From contig NC_068991.1 in NCBI RefSeq assembly GCF_001194135.2, forward strand, positions 41,161,571 to 41,225,570: a stretch of 64,000 nucleotides of DNA. The letters are read 5' to 3'. Under the pieces are notes generated by a model. The model had not been told where the DNA came from. It saw nothing but the letters and a program-made list of their open reading frames with translations, and ran no database searches. A program made the translations under genes and the position numbers. This document shows positions 1 through 13,795 of the stretch, piece by piece. This stretch comes from Octopus bimaculoides. Its lineage: Eukaryota. Each line of letters opens with the position of its first letter. The stretch's first letter is position 1.

Positions 1-43
1 CTTCTAGTTTATTCATCAACTCTTTGCTAATTGTCTACTAACT

Positions 44-328
44 ACTCTCTTTTACTCTTTTATTTGTTTCAGTCATTTGACTGCGGCCATGCTGGAGCAC
101 CGCCTTTAGTCGAGCAAATCGACCCCGGGACTTATTCTTTGTAAGCCTAGTACTTATTCTATTGGTCTCATTTGCTGAACCACTAAGTGACGGGGACATA
201 AACACACCAGCATTGGTTGTCAAGCAATGCTAGGGGGACAAACACAGACACACAAACACACACACATATATATACATATATATGACGGGCTTCTCTCAGT
301 TTCCATCTACCAAATCCACTCACAAGGT
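44..328 (-). mobile_element. tRNA-derived SINE family A, 3' part
   Basis: Same sequence as the copies at 27526-27915, 36563-36908 and 43930-44221, with a central (TG/TA)n tract and a (GTAAAAGA)n-type tail. Confidence 0.85.
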
Positions 329-827
329 TGGGTGTTCCTAGTGTATTTGGATGCTTAACAACAATAGATCAACAGGGGATGAGTCTTGTAATATCTGATC
401 TCTGAAACAACACATTGAGTTGAAAATATATATCTTTGAAAATTTTGTATGCTTTCATTCTTAACTTTGCTCATAACTTTTTAAAGTCCTTGTATTTGAA
501 AACTTCTTTTGTATGTAGACATTTTATATACTTTCTGCTTTCCTATTTCTATTTATGCAATCAATTCAATGATCAGAATCAGGACATACCACTAAGTCTG
601 TTGATATGACAATATGAGTTCAAAACATGAAGACCATCACCAAATCAACTCTCAATTTACAAAGGTCTTATTGATGTCCTTCCTCTCAATAATTTATAAA
701 AACGAGGTAGGAGTTAGCAACAGGAACTGCACCCAGCTGTAAAACAATGCTTCAACATATTTGTTTAATCCATGCTAGTGTGGAGAAATAGACATAAAAA
801 CAAGCAAAGTGAACGTGTGTGTGTCTA

Positions 828-950
828 TTTTTACAGGGAAAAGGTTGACAATGACTTCAGTGTTTAAGCTTACTAGCCATCATCAGACAGTCTGATAATA
901 GCTAGTAAGCTTAAACACTGAAGCCACTGTCAACCTTTTCCTTCTAAAAA
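828..950. repeat. 123-bp near-perfect palindrome
   Basis: 61-nt arms centred on 889, 6 mismatches. Confidence 0.92.
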
Positions 951-1269
951 TTAATAGATATGTACTCTATTGAAAGTGTTGCATGATTCTTCTTCTTCTA
1001 ACATCCTTGTTCCATACTGACATGGGTTTGACAGGGTTGTTGAGACCAAAGACTGCATTGTGCTTTACTGTCTACTTTAACTAGTTTCTATGGATGGATG
1101 TCCTTCAAAATACTAACCACTTTACAGTGCAAACTGGGTGCTTTTTTGGGGCTGCAAACACTAGTGAGATCACTGAGCAGCCTGCAAAGAATATGAACTC
1201 CGAGAAAGTTGTCTTTAAGCTAGGAGGTGAGGGGTTAAAATATGAGAGAAGGGACCAGGACAAAACAGA

Positions 1270-2010
1270 TTTCTTGATGTAGAGGGGTCATGTGGCTGCT
1301 CACATTTTAGAAGAGAGGATAGGGGTTATGATCTGGGTGAAGTGGGAAGAAATACAAATACTGGTGATGCAGCATCTGTGGGGATCCTCAAGGTATGATG
1401 TGAGTAGAAATACACGGGGCAGAAAAACTATGTGGGTGGGAGGTGATTGCAGGAGTCTATGGGAGAGTGACAGATGGAGAATTGTTGAGGTGGTGAATAT
1501 AATGAATGAAGGACAAGTGTTGAATGGAAGTTTAGGTGACAACTGTAGAGATTGGGTAAGGTTGTGGGGTGGATGTAGCAAATGACAGGTAAGGGATGGG
1601 ATTGACCAATGATGTGGGTTTATGAAGAGTAGCAGAATAGTAATGATGATACAGTAAACAGGGTGAGAAAGAGAGAGAGAACAAGAGAGGGAGATGATAA
1701 GTTTGTTAGGTAAGTTGCAAGAGTAAGGGGGGGAAGAGAGAAGCAGGCATAGTGCATAGGGAGAGTGATAGACATATGTAGTGATGTAGAAGATGAGATG
1801 ATTTAGTGGCACAGGCAAAATGGAGCAATGTAAAATGTTAATGGAGAGGGCAGTGTTAAAGATCAGGGATGGATATCAAGGGAAATGGGTTCTGGTTGTG
1901 AGAAAGATTAGTAGTATCAAGTAAAAACTGCAGTTAGGTGAAAGGTGATGAGGGCTTCCTGGGGAAGAAGTTTGGCAAAAGGTCCAAGGGTTTTCTTGAA
2001 AACTACATAT
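1270..2010 (-). mobile_element. Highly degenerate retroelement fragment, possibly Penelope-like
   Basis: Sharply purine-rich block on the plus strand (C/T-rich on minus), typical of decayed PLE or L2-like coding sequence. No clean motif was recovered. Confidence 0.3.
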
Positions 2011-3044
2011 CATCAGTCATCCCAGTCCCTTGTCATCTCTTCCACAGCCATATAAAGTGTACTGGGTATTTATGAAGAAACTTTAGTGGGCGATAAATTG
2101 AAGATGATCTAATATAATAGAATGCATCAAATTTTAACTTCCTCATTTCTTTCTTAGATGTTTTGACAGCATCAGATTTCAGTCCAATACAGTAAGTGAA
2201 AAAGCATGACATGTTTATAGCTCTAGTTATCAATTACAACTTTTTGAATACAGCTAGCTCCTTTGTGTTGAATGAGAACACGAAAAAAATATATAGATAC
2301 AATACTTTTTTTTTTGCTCAATACAATATTTATTTTCTCTTTAGAAATATACAGATGATAGTGTCCACTATCTGATGTGCGATGTATGAAGATATCGGGG
2401 ACAAGATATACATTCTCCTGATCTGAACTCCTTCCACAGTTGCATGTGAACTATTGTTGGGAGGACGAAACTGATCACTGGCCCCCTCATTTCCAAAAAC
2501 TAACAAGCAACTTGCATAGATCAGAGAATATTTGTTGAGCAGAATTTTCTATGGCTATATGCTCTAGGAAGAGTATACAGCCAATCTTCACCTTCATACA
2601 AACAAGTTGATATTTCCTTCAGTCCTTTGGACATGAACAACACAATGACTGGACATATTTTCATGTGAGATTACAAATGAACAACACTGCTTGTATGACA
2701 ATGATGTTTTTTAACAATCAGCATGTGATGTTGAGATAAGGAGACATAAACACACACACACACATCAATCACACATAGGTGGTCAATCAAACAGGTTTTA
2801 TGTTTTCTGTTGATATACAGTTTCAGTCTTTTGTCGTTTGAGACAGTTTGAACATTTTCTTTTTCTTATGAAATTGAGCTCTTGTGCAGAAGAAGTAAGA
2901 AGTCAATGATTTTCATGAAATCAGTTTCCATTTTCCATTTTGGTCAGCAATTCTTCTGATGAAAGATCACCATCACATAATATCATTTCTCTGTATCCAA
3001 AGCACATCTATTAGTGATTTTTTAAAAGTCTGTGTAAAATAGCA

Positions 3045-3620
3045 ACAGTTTGACTGTGTTGGAAGAGAACATCACTGAGACAAGTGAAGTTTAAGTATCT
3101 CAGGGACATATTCTTGAGTGCTGCAAGACAGGAGGCTAAACTGGATGCTCGAATTGCAGGCGCTAGCACAGTAATGTGCCAGCTCCAGCATTCAATCATC
3201 AAAAGAAAAGAGGCTGATGAAAAAGCCACACTTTCTATCTTCAGTTTGGTTTTCATGCCTATCCTCAGCTATGGCTATAAATGTTGGGTAATGACTGAAA
3301 GAGCATGATTGCGAGTACAAGTGGCCAAAATGGGGTTCCTTCAATGGGTCTCTGGAGTGACATTACTTTACAAGATGAGTAGCTCAGAGATCAGGGAATC
3401 TCTCCAGGTCAAGGTGCTGCTTCTCCACATTGAGAGATCACAACTTTGATACTAGGGACATGTGATTAGAATGTTACAGGAAAGAATCACAAGACAGATT
3501 CTTCAAGCCAAGTCAACTAGCAAGAGACCTAAGTGTAGATTAAGAATGAAATATTTGGATAATATCCATAATCTCAGTTGGTTGTGCTTAGGAATTCAGC
3601 TGGAAAATCTGATAACATTG
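3045..3620 (+). mobile_element. RTE-clade LINE (Expander/Rex3-like), C-terminal fragment
   Basis: KFKYL..; LDARIAGASTVMCQL; PILSYGYKCWVMTERA; EIRESLQVKVLLLHIERSQL..GHVIRM: the RTE post-RT domain, with stops. Confidence 0.85.
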
Positions 3621-5966
3621 CTTTGAAACCAATATATATAGATACAACTCAAAATATGGGTTGACTCAAATAATACTAAAAACAAAATCATATAAAAATA
3701 AATATTTGAAAATAAATACAAATACAACAGAACTCTTTTTTCCCCAACAATATTTATTTTCTTTTTAGAAATATACAGAAATTTCAATGATTGTATGACA
3801 ACATAAGATAATTGTTATTCACGATATTTTTTTTCTTTTTCAGTGAGCAAAACACAACTAATTATTCAGTGATAACAATAGTTTACATTTTATATAAGTC
3901 TTTCAGAATTTAACAATTCCATAATTATCCAAAGTAAGCTGCAGACATGAAGAGAAAGGAAGAGAGGAAGGGGTAGACAACAACATTCAATAACTATTAA
4001 CTTTACTGTTGAAACAAAACAAAATACTGGACACCACTTAGTCTTGCAGACTACCATTTCTCCTCATGTTCTGTGTTCAAACCTACTGAAGCTGACTTTA
4101 CTTTTTAATTCTTCTATTGTGAATAAAATAGGTATCAGTAATATACAGAGGTTGAGTCAATTGACTATGTACTCCCCTGGAAAATTTGTGTATAGTTAAT
4201 ATTATTGTTGTTGTTGTTGTTTGGTTTCTGATTTAGGTGCAGGGCTAGCTATTTTTAGGGGAGGGGTTAATCACTATGTTTGACCCCATTACTCGACTGG
4301 TACTTCTGTCAAGTACTGAGGTGGGATCAATTTAATTGGCTAACCCTTCCCATCAAATTTCTAGCCTTGTGTCTATGTTAAGAACAAATGTGATTATCAT
4401 CATCATTATATAGATATGGCCCTTTATATTCTGAGTTCACACCCTGCTGAGGTCAGCTTTGCTTTTCATCTATTTGGTGGTCAATGAAATAAATGACCCA
4501 GTCAAATATTGACACTGATACAATCAACTAACACACTCTCATCAAAATTGTTGGCTTTGTGCTCAGATAGAAATTATTATTAGTATTATTATATTTTACT
4601 TCTCAGAGCTCTCGGTCTTACTTGCTCTGGTTGAATCTGTGAGAGCCTGTTGTCAAAGGATGCACAGTGTTTCTTAAGCAAATTATAAGACTAGGTACTC
4701 GGATGTTAAGTTTCAACACCCAAGCACCAATCTCAAAATCCTTTCTAATTATCATTATTATTATTATTAAAATTAAAATTATTATTATTATTATTTCTTA
4801 CAGTAGTATAAATTGTGATTCAGCAGTATTGTTTTAGAAAAAGTTTTAACATTCTTCTGAAATTACTTCTATGTTTTATTTTCATTCATCTCTAAATTCT
4901 GAAATTCTTAATTACATATCTTCACTTAAAACAAAATTAATTCTTTAAATCTTACATATTCAACATAAAATTAAATTCAATAAAATTTCTATTGGAAATT
5001 TCAGAAGCTTTTTTTTAATGTATTATGTAAGAAACTAAATGATACCTTTTAAAAGTTGATTTTTTTTTGGGTGGGGTGGGGGTGAAAACTGAATTGAAGA
5101 TTTAAAAATTTAAGGTTCAACCATCAAGAAAGAGAGAAAAAGAAAGCTCACTCAAAGGTGCAAATAGAAAGTGAGTTAGAGTAAGATATAATAAGAAATC
5201 AGATGAAATGTGAGAAATCATAAAATTATGTTCCTTGAATATATGTGTGAGTGTATGTGTATGTGTACAGAATTTTATTTAAGCTGATAAAGTTCACAAA
5301 CTGTAACTCAGCTGTACTGTTCTAAAAGTTCACTTCTGTCTGGTGATCAGTTACATGAAACTCAGAATAACAGTTTGTGAAGTTTTCAGCTTCAATAAAA
5401 CACTATATGTTCCTCCCCTTCTGGTATTCACGCACAATTTTATTCACCTTATTTTGTACCTATGTGCTCACATGTGTGTATGTATGTATTTATATAGATA
5501 TACTTTTATTATTGTTTGATTCCCCATGATATGTGTTGAGTGGTCATTTTTATTTGTATACATATTTGCATTTGCATATATGTGTGTGTATATATATATA
5601 TATATATATAATTATCATCATCATTTAATGTCTGTTCTCCATGCTGACATGGGTTGGACAGTTTGACCAGAGCTGGTAAGGTCAGGGGCCGCACCAGACT
5701 CCATTGATCATGATATGCATGTATACACACACACTCTCACATGCAAATCTATCAGTATGTAACTGCATGTATGTGTGTGTGTGAGGGGGTTACAAGAAAT
5801 ATGATGGATGTAAATCAAAAAGAGTAAACTGAATGAGAAACATATATATAAAAAAAAATTAAATAAATATATTAATATGGGGGCACTGGTGAATACATGA
5901 CCATAGGTTTTCTGTTTATTTTATTTTTTTTTGATCCAATGAGTAACAAATATATTTAGAATTTAC

Positions 5967-6045
5967 TTATCAATAACCTCCACCTTTTCTTCTGAATCAC
6001 TTTCTTTTGAATTCACACTCCGGGGCAAACTGTCAAGAGATTCCT
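5967..6045 (-). CDS. Putative internal coding exon of an unidentified minus-strand gene
   Basis: ttttaactatgttgcag|AG GAA TCT...GAT AA|gtaaat, 79 nt, open frame EESLDSLPRSVNSKESDSEEKVEVID. Purine-rich and exon-like. No homology recognised. Confidence 0.4.
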
Positions 6046-6371
6046 CTGCAACATAGTTAAAAAGGTAGTAATAGAGTTTAGTGTATAATGCAATGGGAAC
6101 TAGGTACATGAACATCTTATAGTAAAATGTAACTTCAGTATTTTGATTAAACAGTTGCACTTTGGATGAACAGAAGTTGCAGATTAGTGTATGTACATGC
6201 CTATAAGTATGTGCATATATATGTGTAAAGGGAAAGAGAGACAAACTTTTGGGTATTTTTTTAAAGTTTGTTCAAAAAGGAGAGCAGTAACCACAGCTGA
6301 ATGTTTCCAAAGATACTCTCAGATACAGGAGGCATGTCTATTATCATTAGTATTATTATTGTTGTTGTTGT

Positions 6372-6560
6372 GAAGGTATGTGGCCTAATAGTTAGAGTAT
6401 TTGGCTTATGATCATACTATCAAGGGTTCAATTCTTGAACTGGGCAGCCCATGGTATCCCTTGAGCAAGGTACTTCATTTCACTTTGCTCAAGTTTATTC
6501 AGCTGAAAATGAGTACCAGCCAAGTGCTGCTGTAGCTCCCTCCAGTTGTCACATCCTGGG
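6372..6560 (+). mobile_element. tRNA-derived SINE family C, old copy
   Basis: A/B-box-like head (tggcctaatagttagagt..gggttcaattc) followed by cccttgagcaaggtacttcatttcactttgctc. Confidence 0.55.
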
Positions 6561-8799
6561 TCAAAATATGGGAGAGATGAAAGAGTGTCTGTTTGTTCAC
6601 AATTACATAGGTACCTAAAACTTAGTGAAAGTATGGTACATGTTACCAAACCATTCCTGTTCACAGGTAATGGCGGACTTGAATTATAATTGTTTTTATT
6701 TATTTTTTGCAAATTTTATTTAATTATCTGTGTTAGAAGGACTGCTGTGGCGCAATAAAAACAAGTCATACACCAGATTACATGCCTTTAGTTTTATATT
6801 CTAAGTTTAAACCCAATAAGGCTCACTTTTGCTCAATATTGACAGAGGAAGATTAATTTACGCTACTCAATTTTCAATTAAGAATAATCAAATTTGTTGC
6901 AGTGGTTTAATAAATGTTCAAAAAAGATTTATTTCTTGTTCACCATGGTATTGACATTCCAAGTTACAAAAGTACTTATGAAGGTAAAATAGAAATATAA
7001 AAGGCTGTTTACTATAATTTTAAAAAAGGAATGTAAAATTTTATGGCTTAATATTTCATTAGAAGAAAGTTTTAAAAAAAAGTAAACAAAAAACTCCTAG
7101 AATATTGGATTTAGAAGAATTGATTTAGTATTTTAAAAGGTTTTAGTAAAAAAATCTCTTGGTAGAGTTGATAAATAACATGCAGAAGTGTAGCATTTAA
7201 GTATAAAGGGAGGTAATTAAAATTCTTACAAGTTAAGATAATTAAAGTAATTAAGAAATAAAGGGGAAAATCACATGTATATCCAGAATAATTAATCCTG
7301 CTCAGTTCTTAAGCTAAGAAATAAATGATTATATCTAGCTGGGTTACAGAAGGAATGTGTATGCTGCTGGTTCCAGATTTTGAAACGTTTGGTTGTAAGA
7401 CTAATATATACACAGTGGTTGGAATGGCAGGATGTACAATACATTGATACAGAATATCCTCAGCTAAGCAATCAGAGTTTATGTGGTGGTACTGGTGGTG
7501 GTGTTGGTGATAGAGGGTAGTTAATGGAGATGGCGCAGTTTCAGTTGGCAGAGGTATGGTTACATCTGATTTAGTTTGACTTCGCAAATTTGATTAAAAA
7601 AAGCTATATTGTTGAATAAATTTGATGTTGTGGCATTACATATTATTAGAATTTAAATTAAAAGTTTTGTAAAAAGCATGTTATTGTAGGAAGTGTTATT
7701 AAGTGAAGGAAATTTTACCAGTTGGGGTAGCCATGTCTAAGTTGTAGCCTATATCTGATACTAACATACTAACTCCGATTCACTCATCATTTATTTTCAG
7801 TAATATTGTTTTGTATAGTAATTTACTCCTTTTAAATTTATTCATTTTCCTCTCTTTCTATTTCTACTGGCTGTGTTTTCTACTTCCTCACAATAAAGTA
7901 TATATAATTTACATTCCAAATGTATTGAGTTCTCTTTTGAATTGTGGATTCCCTAATCAGATGATTACATACTTCATATATGCATGTGTGTGTGTGGTTC
8001 AGTCAATATATACTGTCACCATAGAAATTTCACAGACAAATAAAATCTGTTCCAAGAGTACAAGCAGTCTCAATTTCAGTGGACTTAATATACACTGTGT
8101 TGGACATATGTATGAGAAAATAAAATTAAAGAAACATACCAAAACCAGTGAGTTAAGAATATCCAATATGACTGTAACATTTGAACAAAAGTAGTGACAA
8201 AGTGAAATAAAGAAAATAACCAGCTCATTAAAAATTATATTATATCATATATATACATATATATGTGTGCGTGTGTGTGTGAATAAATGTGCACATGTGC
8301 ATGTATGTCATGATTTACATGTGTATAATAAATAATAATTGTGAACAAGTGTGTATATAGATAACTATATGATTAGATCAATGCCATGTTTTCCTGCAAA
8401 TATCCAAGTTGATACCTGTTTCAATTCAGGGAATGTGAAGCAGAGTTATCTGCTTATGTATCCCTGGAGGGATAAAAGGCAAAGTTGGCCATGGTAGAAT
8501 TTGAACTTAGAATGTAAAGGTCTAGAAGAAATATCACTAAACATTTTCCCCAATGCTCTAACAATTCTACCAATCCACCATCATATAAAAACAGCCCCCA
8601 GATATATGTTTACAAATGACAAAAAAAAAAAAAAAATCGAATAGCAAAGCATTTCTTGCAACCCTGGTATACAAGGTTAATTCATATACTATGATGTTAG
8701 AAATCCATACAATACTATGAAATATTATCATTTAATACTACAAATAATGATAATAATCTGGGATACTCCATTTAACAACCAGGGAAGGAGTTTCCCCAG

Positions 8800-9430
8800 A
8801 GTCATATATAATGTTATTGTACAGATGGGTCAATCTCTCTTGGGATTTAGAAAAAACATTACTGGAGATTTTGGTATTAAAATTGGTTAGCTATTCAGGC
8901 CAATAAACCAGATACTGGAGAGAAATCATATTGACAAAACATGTCTGCTCATAGATATTTCAATCACAGCAGACTGCAACATCTTTGTGAAAGGACTTCA
9001 AAAAAGAGGTCTCAAAATGTAGGATCTAAGAAAGACAACTGGACTTGTAATCATTGGAGTTTAGGGGATAATATCAAATGGTCCTCTTTAATACTATGAT
9101 CAACTGCCAGGAAACCCCAAAATATCAGACATACAAAAAATTATTTTCATGTAACATATCCTAAAAAAACAAAATACAAAAAAAGGAAACAACCTACCAG
9201 CCTGAGAATATCTGACAATATTTGAATCTTTTAAAATCACAAATATTACAACAAATTTTAAACAGTTTTAACAATCTTAATTGTCAGTATTTGGTCTCCT
9301 TTCATTGCTATTCATAAATAACACCCACAAGAAAATATCTAACTTGCTGTTTTTTGAGGCTAAGTCTGGGTGAGACTTGGAACAGCTCATATAAAACAAA
9401 GTAACAATAACAAAAGCAATAATAACAATA
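8800..9430 (+). mobile_element. R4/Dong-clade LINE 3' end (restriction-like endonuclease region, 3' UTR, (AAT)n tail)
   Basis: Degenerate LWDF..; KTCLLIDISI; VIIG..G.I; QLPGNP.ISDIQKI, followed by ctgggtgagacttgg and a microsatellite tail. Confidence 0.65.
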
Positions 9431-9500
9431 ACAGTTTCAAATTTTGGCACAAGGTAGTAGTAATAATAATAATAATAATAATAACAATAATAATAATAAT

Positions 9501-9711
9501 TCTTTCTACAAAAAACACAAGGTCTGAAATTTTTGGAAAGGGGACTAGTTGATTACATTGATCCCAGTGTTTCACTGGTGCTTAATTTATCGACCCTGAA
9601 AGGATAAAACACAAAGTTGACCTTGGCGGAAATGAACTCAGAATGTAAAGACGGACGAAATACCCATAACCATTTCACTTGGCGTGCTAACGATTCTGCC
9701 AGCTCACTGCC

Positions 9712-9752
<41 letters not shown>

Positions 9753-10110
9753 CCTTTCTACTATAGGCACAAGGCTTGAAATTTTTGGGGAGGGGATAAA
9801 TTGATTACATTGATTCCAGTACATAACTGGTACTTAATTTATCAACCCCGAAAGGATGAAAGGCAAAGTTGAACTTGGCGGAATATGAGCTCAGAACATA
9901 AAGATGGAATAATAATAACAACAACAACAATAATCATGACTTTAAATTTTGGCAGAAGGCCAGCAATTTCTGGGGAGGGGTAAGTCAACTACATCAACTC
10001 CTCCAGTACTCAACTGATACTTATTTTGTTGACTATCAGAATGTGAAGAGAGATGAAATACCACTAAACATTTTGCCTGGCATGCTAATGGTTCTGCCTG
10101 CTTACATCTT
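9501..10110 (-). mobile_element. Cluster of three SINE family B copies separated by (AAT/AAC)n
   Basis: Three repeats of aggcacaaggc..gaaattttg..gattacattgatcc..actggtact..ttatc..cccgaaaggatgaaaggcaaagttgac..ggcggaa..tgaactcagaa. Further copies lie at about 20860-21030 (+), 31215-31375 (-), 33800-33950 (+), 34645-34835 (+), 47035-47230 (-) and 49740-49935 (+). Confidence 0.8.
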
Positions 10111-10899
10111 TAATGATAATAATAATGATTACTACCATTTAATAGCTCAGTAACATAAGACATTGTGATTTGAAGTATATAAACAATTTGATTGATAATA
10201 AATCTGACAGCTCCATTTTTTTTACCTTTTCTTCTTAAAGTAGACATCTGAACCACCTCATGGTACATATTGATAACTTGATGCCATGGGTTCTTGAAAC
10301 TTACGGGGACAATCCATAGAAGGGGAACTGTTTGACCTATGAAATACAGTTAATACTAGAATAGAAAGTTTTCATTCTTGGAATCTTGGCACTAGAAAAA
10401 TTACAGCTCAGAGAAGTTGTAGGCAGCTTCTTTGGGTTTTTATAATTGGTGTTTTGAAAATGCAGCAGTGAAAGAAGCAAAAAGTAGTATTTTACGGTAC
10501 TTGAATCAGAGGAAAGTAGTCTGACGAGATTTTTTTTTATATACATTGCAAGGGAGGTAAATCTGTAACACGTTTGTGCTGACTAAATAAAAGCAAGCAA
10601 AAGTTCTCTACCTCTCTTTTTCTCTCTGACTGCTTCTTGCCTATGTGACCATAAAATATTTATTAAATAAAGGAACGTCTAATTTATATAGCAGCTGTGC
10701 AAAATCTGTTTCTGAAGTATTCTTTTCAGTAAGTAAACTTATTTTGACACTGATAATATGTTAAACATATTGAAACAGACTGTCCCTTCTTTTACTCTTT
10801 TCTAATGAGTTGTAGTGCATCTGAGCACTGTTTACAATAAGCCCATTATTACTATTATTGTTGTTGTTATTGGTATAATTTGTCCTAATTGTTATAATT

Positions 10900-13150
10900 T
10901 GTCCATTTATTTGCAGTACAGATAAATGCTTCTCTCTCTGGCTTTACACTCTTCCTTAGCCACCTTTCTAGCAAACTGGTCGTTCATGTTACATTTCATT
11001 TTCTTCTGTCTTCTTTGCTCTTTTTTTCCCTTCTTTTGTCTCCATGCAAGAATCTTTACCAGAAATTTTCACCTGAATCAGTGTCCTAAGGTACTCTTTA
11101 CCACTCCAAACTATTTTCTTCTGGGCATATAGAGCTTTCATGCTCGTCTTTGTGCATGATTGGATACAACCTGTTAATATTGCTCTTGGTGGGGAATGCT
11201 CTCCATGCATTGTGAGTAGCTATTACAATTTTCAGTCTCACCTCTGTTACTCCTCTTTCCCCCAACCAATAAGACTTGAATCATGCTTCAATATTGCAAT
11301 TGCTCATGTAGTGATTGCTTGAAGCTTATTTCTTCCATTTAGCTTTAATTGCAGCACCAGTCTAAGTGTTTGGAGATATGCTTGCATAAAGCTTTTCTGT
11401 ATGTCTTTTTCCATCACTTCATTTATCTCCAATATACTAAGGTATTTTATACTGTGTATCATCAATCTTTTTCATGACTTTCCTAATGCTAATTCCTACG
11501 TCTGTTGACTTTCCCCCTCGTCAAGAATATTTCTCTACATTTTTTGAGACTAAATTCCACGTTGATGTCTTTGCTAAAGCGATGAACTGTGTTCATTAAT
11601 GAGTTGACTTTGAGCTTAATCCTTACTGTACAGCCTGGGATCATTCATAAAATACAGATGTTGATCTTTTACTGCTTTTCTTTAAACTCATATCCAGATG
11701 ATACTTTCCTCTATAGCAATGTTAAAAGAATCTTGCACAAAACACTTTTTCCTTCAAAAACCCCTCTCTTGATTCTTAAAATTCCAAGGTTCTATCCATA
11801 TGTAAACTCTGTCTTCCAATTTCCCATGCTTTTTCTCAAAAAGCTCTCAACATTCTTCAATTTCAAACATGTTCAAGCATTTAATGATCCATAAACGTAT
11901 TATCACATCACATAGATCTTGTGATAATCTACCCAGGCCATTGCTAAATTTGTCTTCCTTTGCTTGGTCTTCCATTACAATCTTATCTATGAGTAGCAGG
12001 TCTTTAGTTCCTTCTCAATTCCATTTACATCCCTTCTGCACAACAGGGAGAATTTCATCAGCAATTATTCCAGTGAACAGTTTCCACATTAATAGGAAGT
12101 ATGATATAGGTTTGTAAGTATTCACAGTATTCCCTTCTGGAAAATCCTTTAAATGCAGTAATGTTTATCCAGTAGTTATCCATTCGGAGATCTTTACGTG
12201 TCTGTTGATCAGTGCATTATACTTTTTTTTACTAATTCTTTTATGGCACCTTGTCAGCTTCTTTACCTAATACCCCTGAATATTATGAGGTTCAGCTGCT
12301 TTCTAGTTACTCATCTTCCTACTTACTTGTCACACATTTTCTTTTACAAATCTAATTTCTTCTTGCAGATACGAAACAAGTTCATTCTCAGTATTATGCT
12401 TTATGCTAGTCTTCTTTACTCCATATCTTGCTCTAAAATACACAATTTTCTTCTGTTTTTGGCATAGCTCTTCTGTGTGTGATTTCTTCATCTATTTCTT
12501 GATAAAATTCCTTCTGGTCAATTTGGAATAATCTATTTTACCTATACTGCTTTCACTTTTTGATAACATCTTATTATTTTGCCTCATTTAGTCAAAATGC
12601 AGTGTTTTAGTCTGTTAATTACAAAATTCAGCCCTTTTCTGTCAATACCATACCTTTCCTTCAGTCTGTTATATTTATACACATTCCTAAGCTTATTTTT
12701 CTCTTTCTTCCAATATTGATACCACCAACAAGCTAATATCTCCTAATACTCTTCTTTTCTACCACAGGGTCTTTGTTTGTGTATTTCTTGCACTATTTGT
12801 CCTTCCATTGACTTCCAGTCCCAAGTTTTCTACAAACTTAACTAGCTATCTTGATACACCTATTGATCTCTATTATGTTGTTTGTTCTTATGTACATCAA
12901 GATTTTATTAGCTCTCATTGCTTTTTGTTTCAATGTCCATTGATCAGCTTTTTTTTTTTTTTGAAATCACACACTCATTCTATATTTTGGGAATTTACTA
13001 ATTCCCTATTATTATTATTTGATTATCCTCAGCACCCTGCTTGTTTATGTATTCTGTTGATCAAAAAATACATTAGTGTCATCAGAATTTTCCATTTGCA
13101 ACCGTCTCAGATTATCATTATTATTACTATTCCGCTGGGGTCAACTTTGC
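10900..13150 (-). mobile_element. R4/Dong-clade LINE, degenerate RT region
   Basis: Frameshifted minus-strand translation gives GTKDLLLIDKIVM; NLAMAWVDYHKIYD; WIIKCLNMFEI; LGILRIKRGVF; KDINVEFSLKKC; HGEHSPP, all R4/Dong RT motifs. Confidence 0.8.
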
Positions 13151-13269
13151 TTTTCATCCTTTCAGGGTTGATCCATCATGACTACCTGTATAATAAGGGT
13201 ACACCAGTACATGCATACATCCATATGTGTGCAACATGGCGACCTCATATCAAGATAAACAGCACATGA

Positions 13270-13795
13270 CCTTGCAGGTGGGGCCCAGTTATAATTTTCA
13301 TCAGGTCCAGGAACCCATCCTTGTTCAAAAGGTCCCTGAATAAGGATAATGAATGACACACCTATGTTTCCAAAGATGAATTATTCAAACCTCAAAGCAT
13401 TCCTCTCAGCACATGGCTATGATGTTCCCCTACTACTCCTGCTCATGATCAAAGATGCACATATTGTCAGCTGCTAAAGAACATGCTGAAGTGGTTAAAG
13501 CCAAGCAGATGACAAGCAAATCTGTGGTATTGACCAGAATATTTGCTGTAGCCCATTTTTTACAGGACTCCCCCCCCAAAAAAAAAAACATGTACATATT
13601 TACATTTTCAGTCAGTTAAAATCAGAAGCCATGAGGGCCATTGCCTGGTATTGCTTCAGAATATTTATTATTATGTTGCTCTGATGCAACATCAAGCAAT
13701 GGCTCTCATGGCTTCTGATCTTAATTGATTGGAAGTGTTAACATGTACATATTTTTCTTTTGTGTAAAAGATGGGCTACAGCAAATATCATCATC
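13270..13795. repeat. Retroelement 3'-end repeat and a facing inverted partial copy
   Basis: 13540-13655 (gaatatttgctgtagcccat...aatcagaagccatgagggccattgc) is the reverse complement of about 13697-13790. Confidence 0.7.

Noticed and set aside
1300-1818. 172-aa minus-strand ORF
   Set aside because: It is low-complexity L/S/P/H/I sequence produced by C/T-rich decayed retroelement DNA, with no domain and no splice support.
2400-2580. SPDLN-like motif suggesting a Tc1-family transposase end
   Set aside because: It is too degraded and short to delimit or classify confidently.
4607-4677. Plus-strand acceptor followed by ELSVLLALVESVRACCQRMHSVS*
   Set aside because: It is too short and has no homology or upstream partner exon.
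9501-10110. Regularly spaced repeats resembling an array or CRISPR
   Set aside because: The units are SINE copies separated by microsatellites, there are no unique spacers or cas genes, and the context is eukaryotic.
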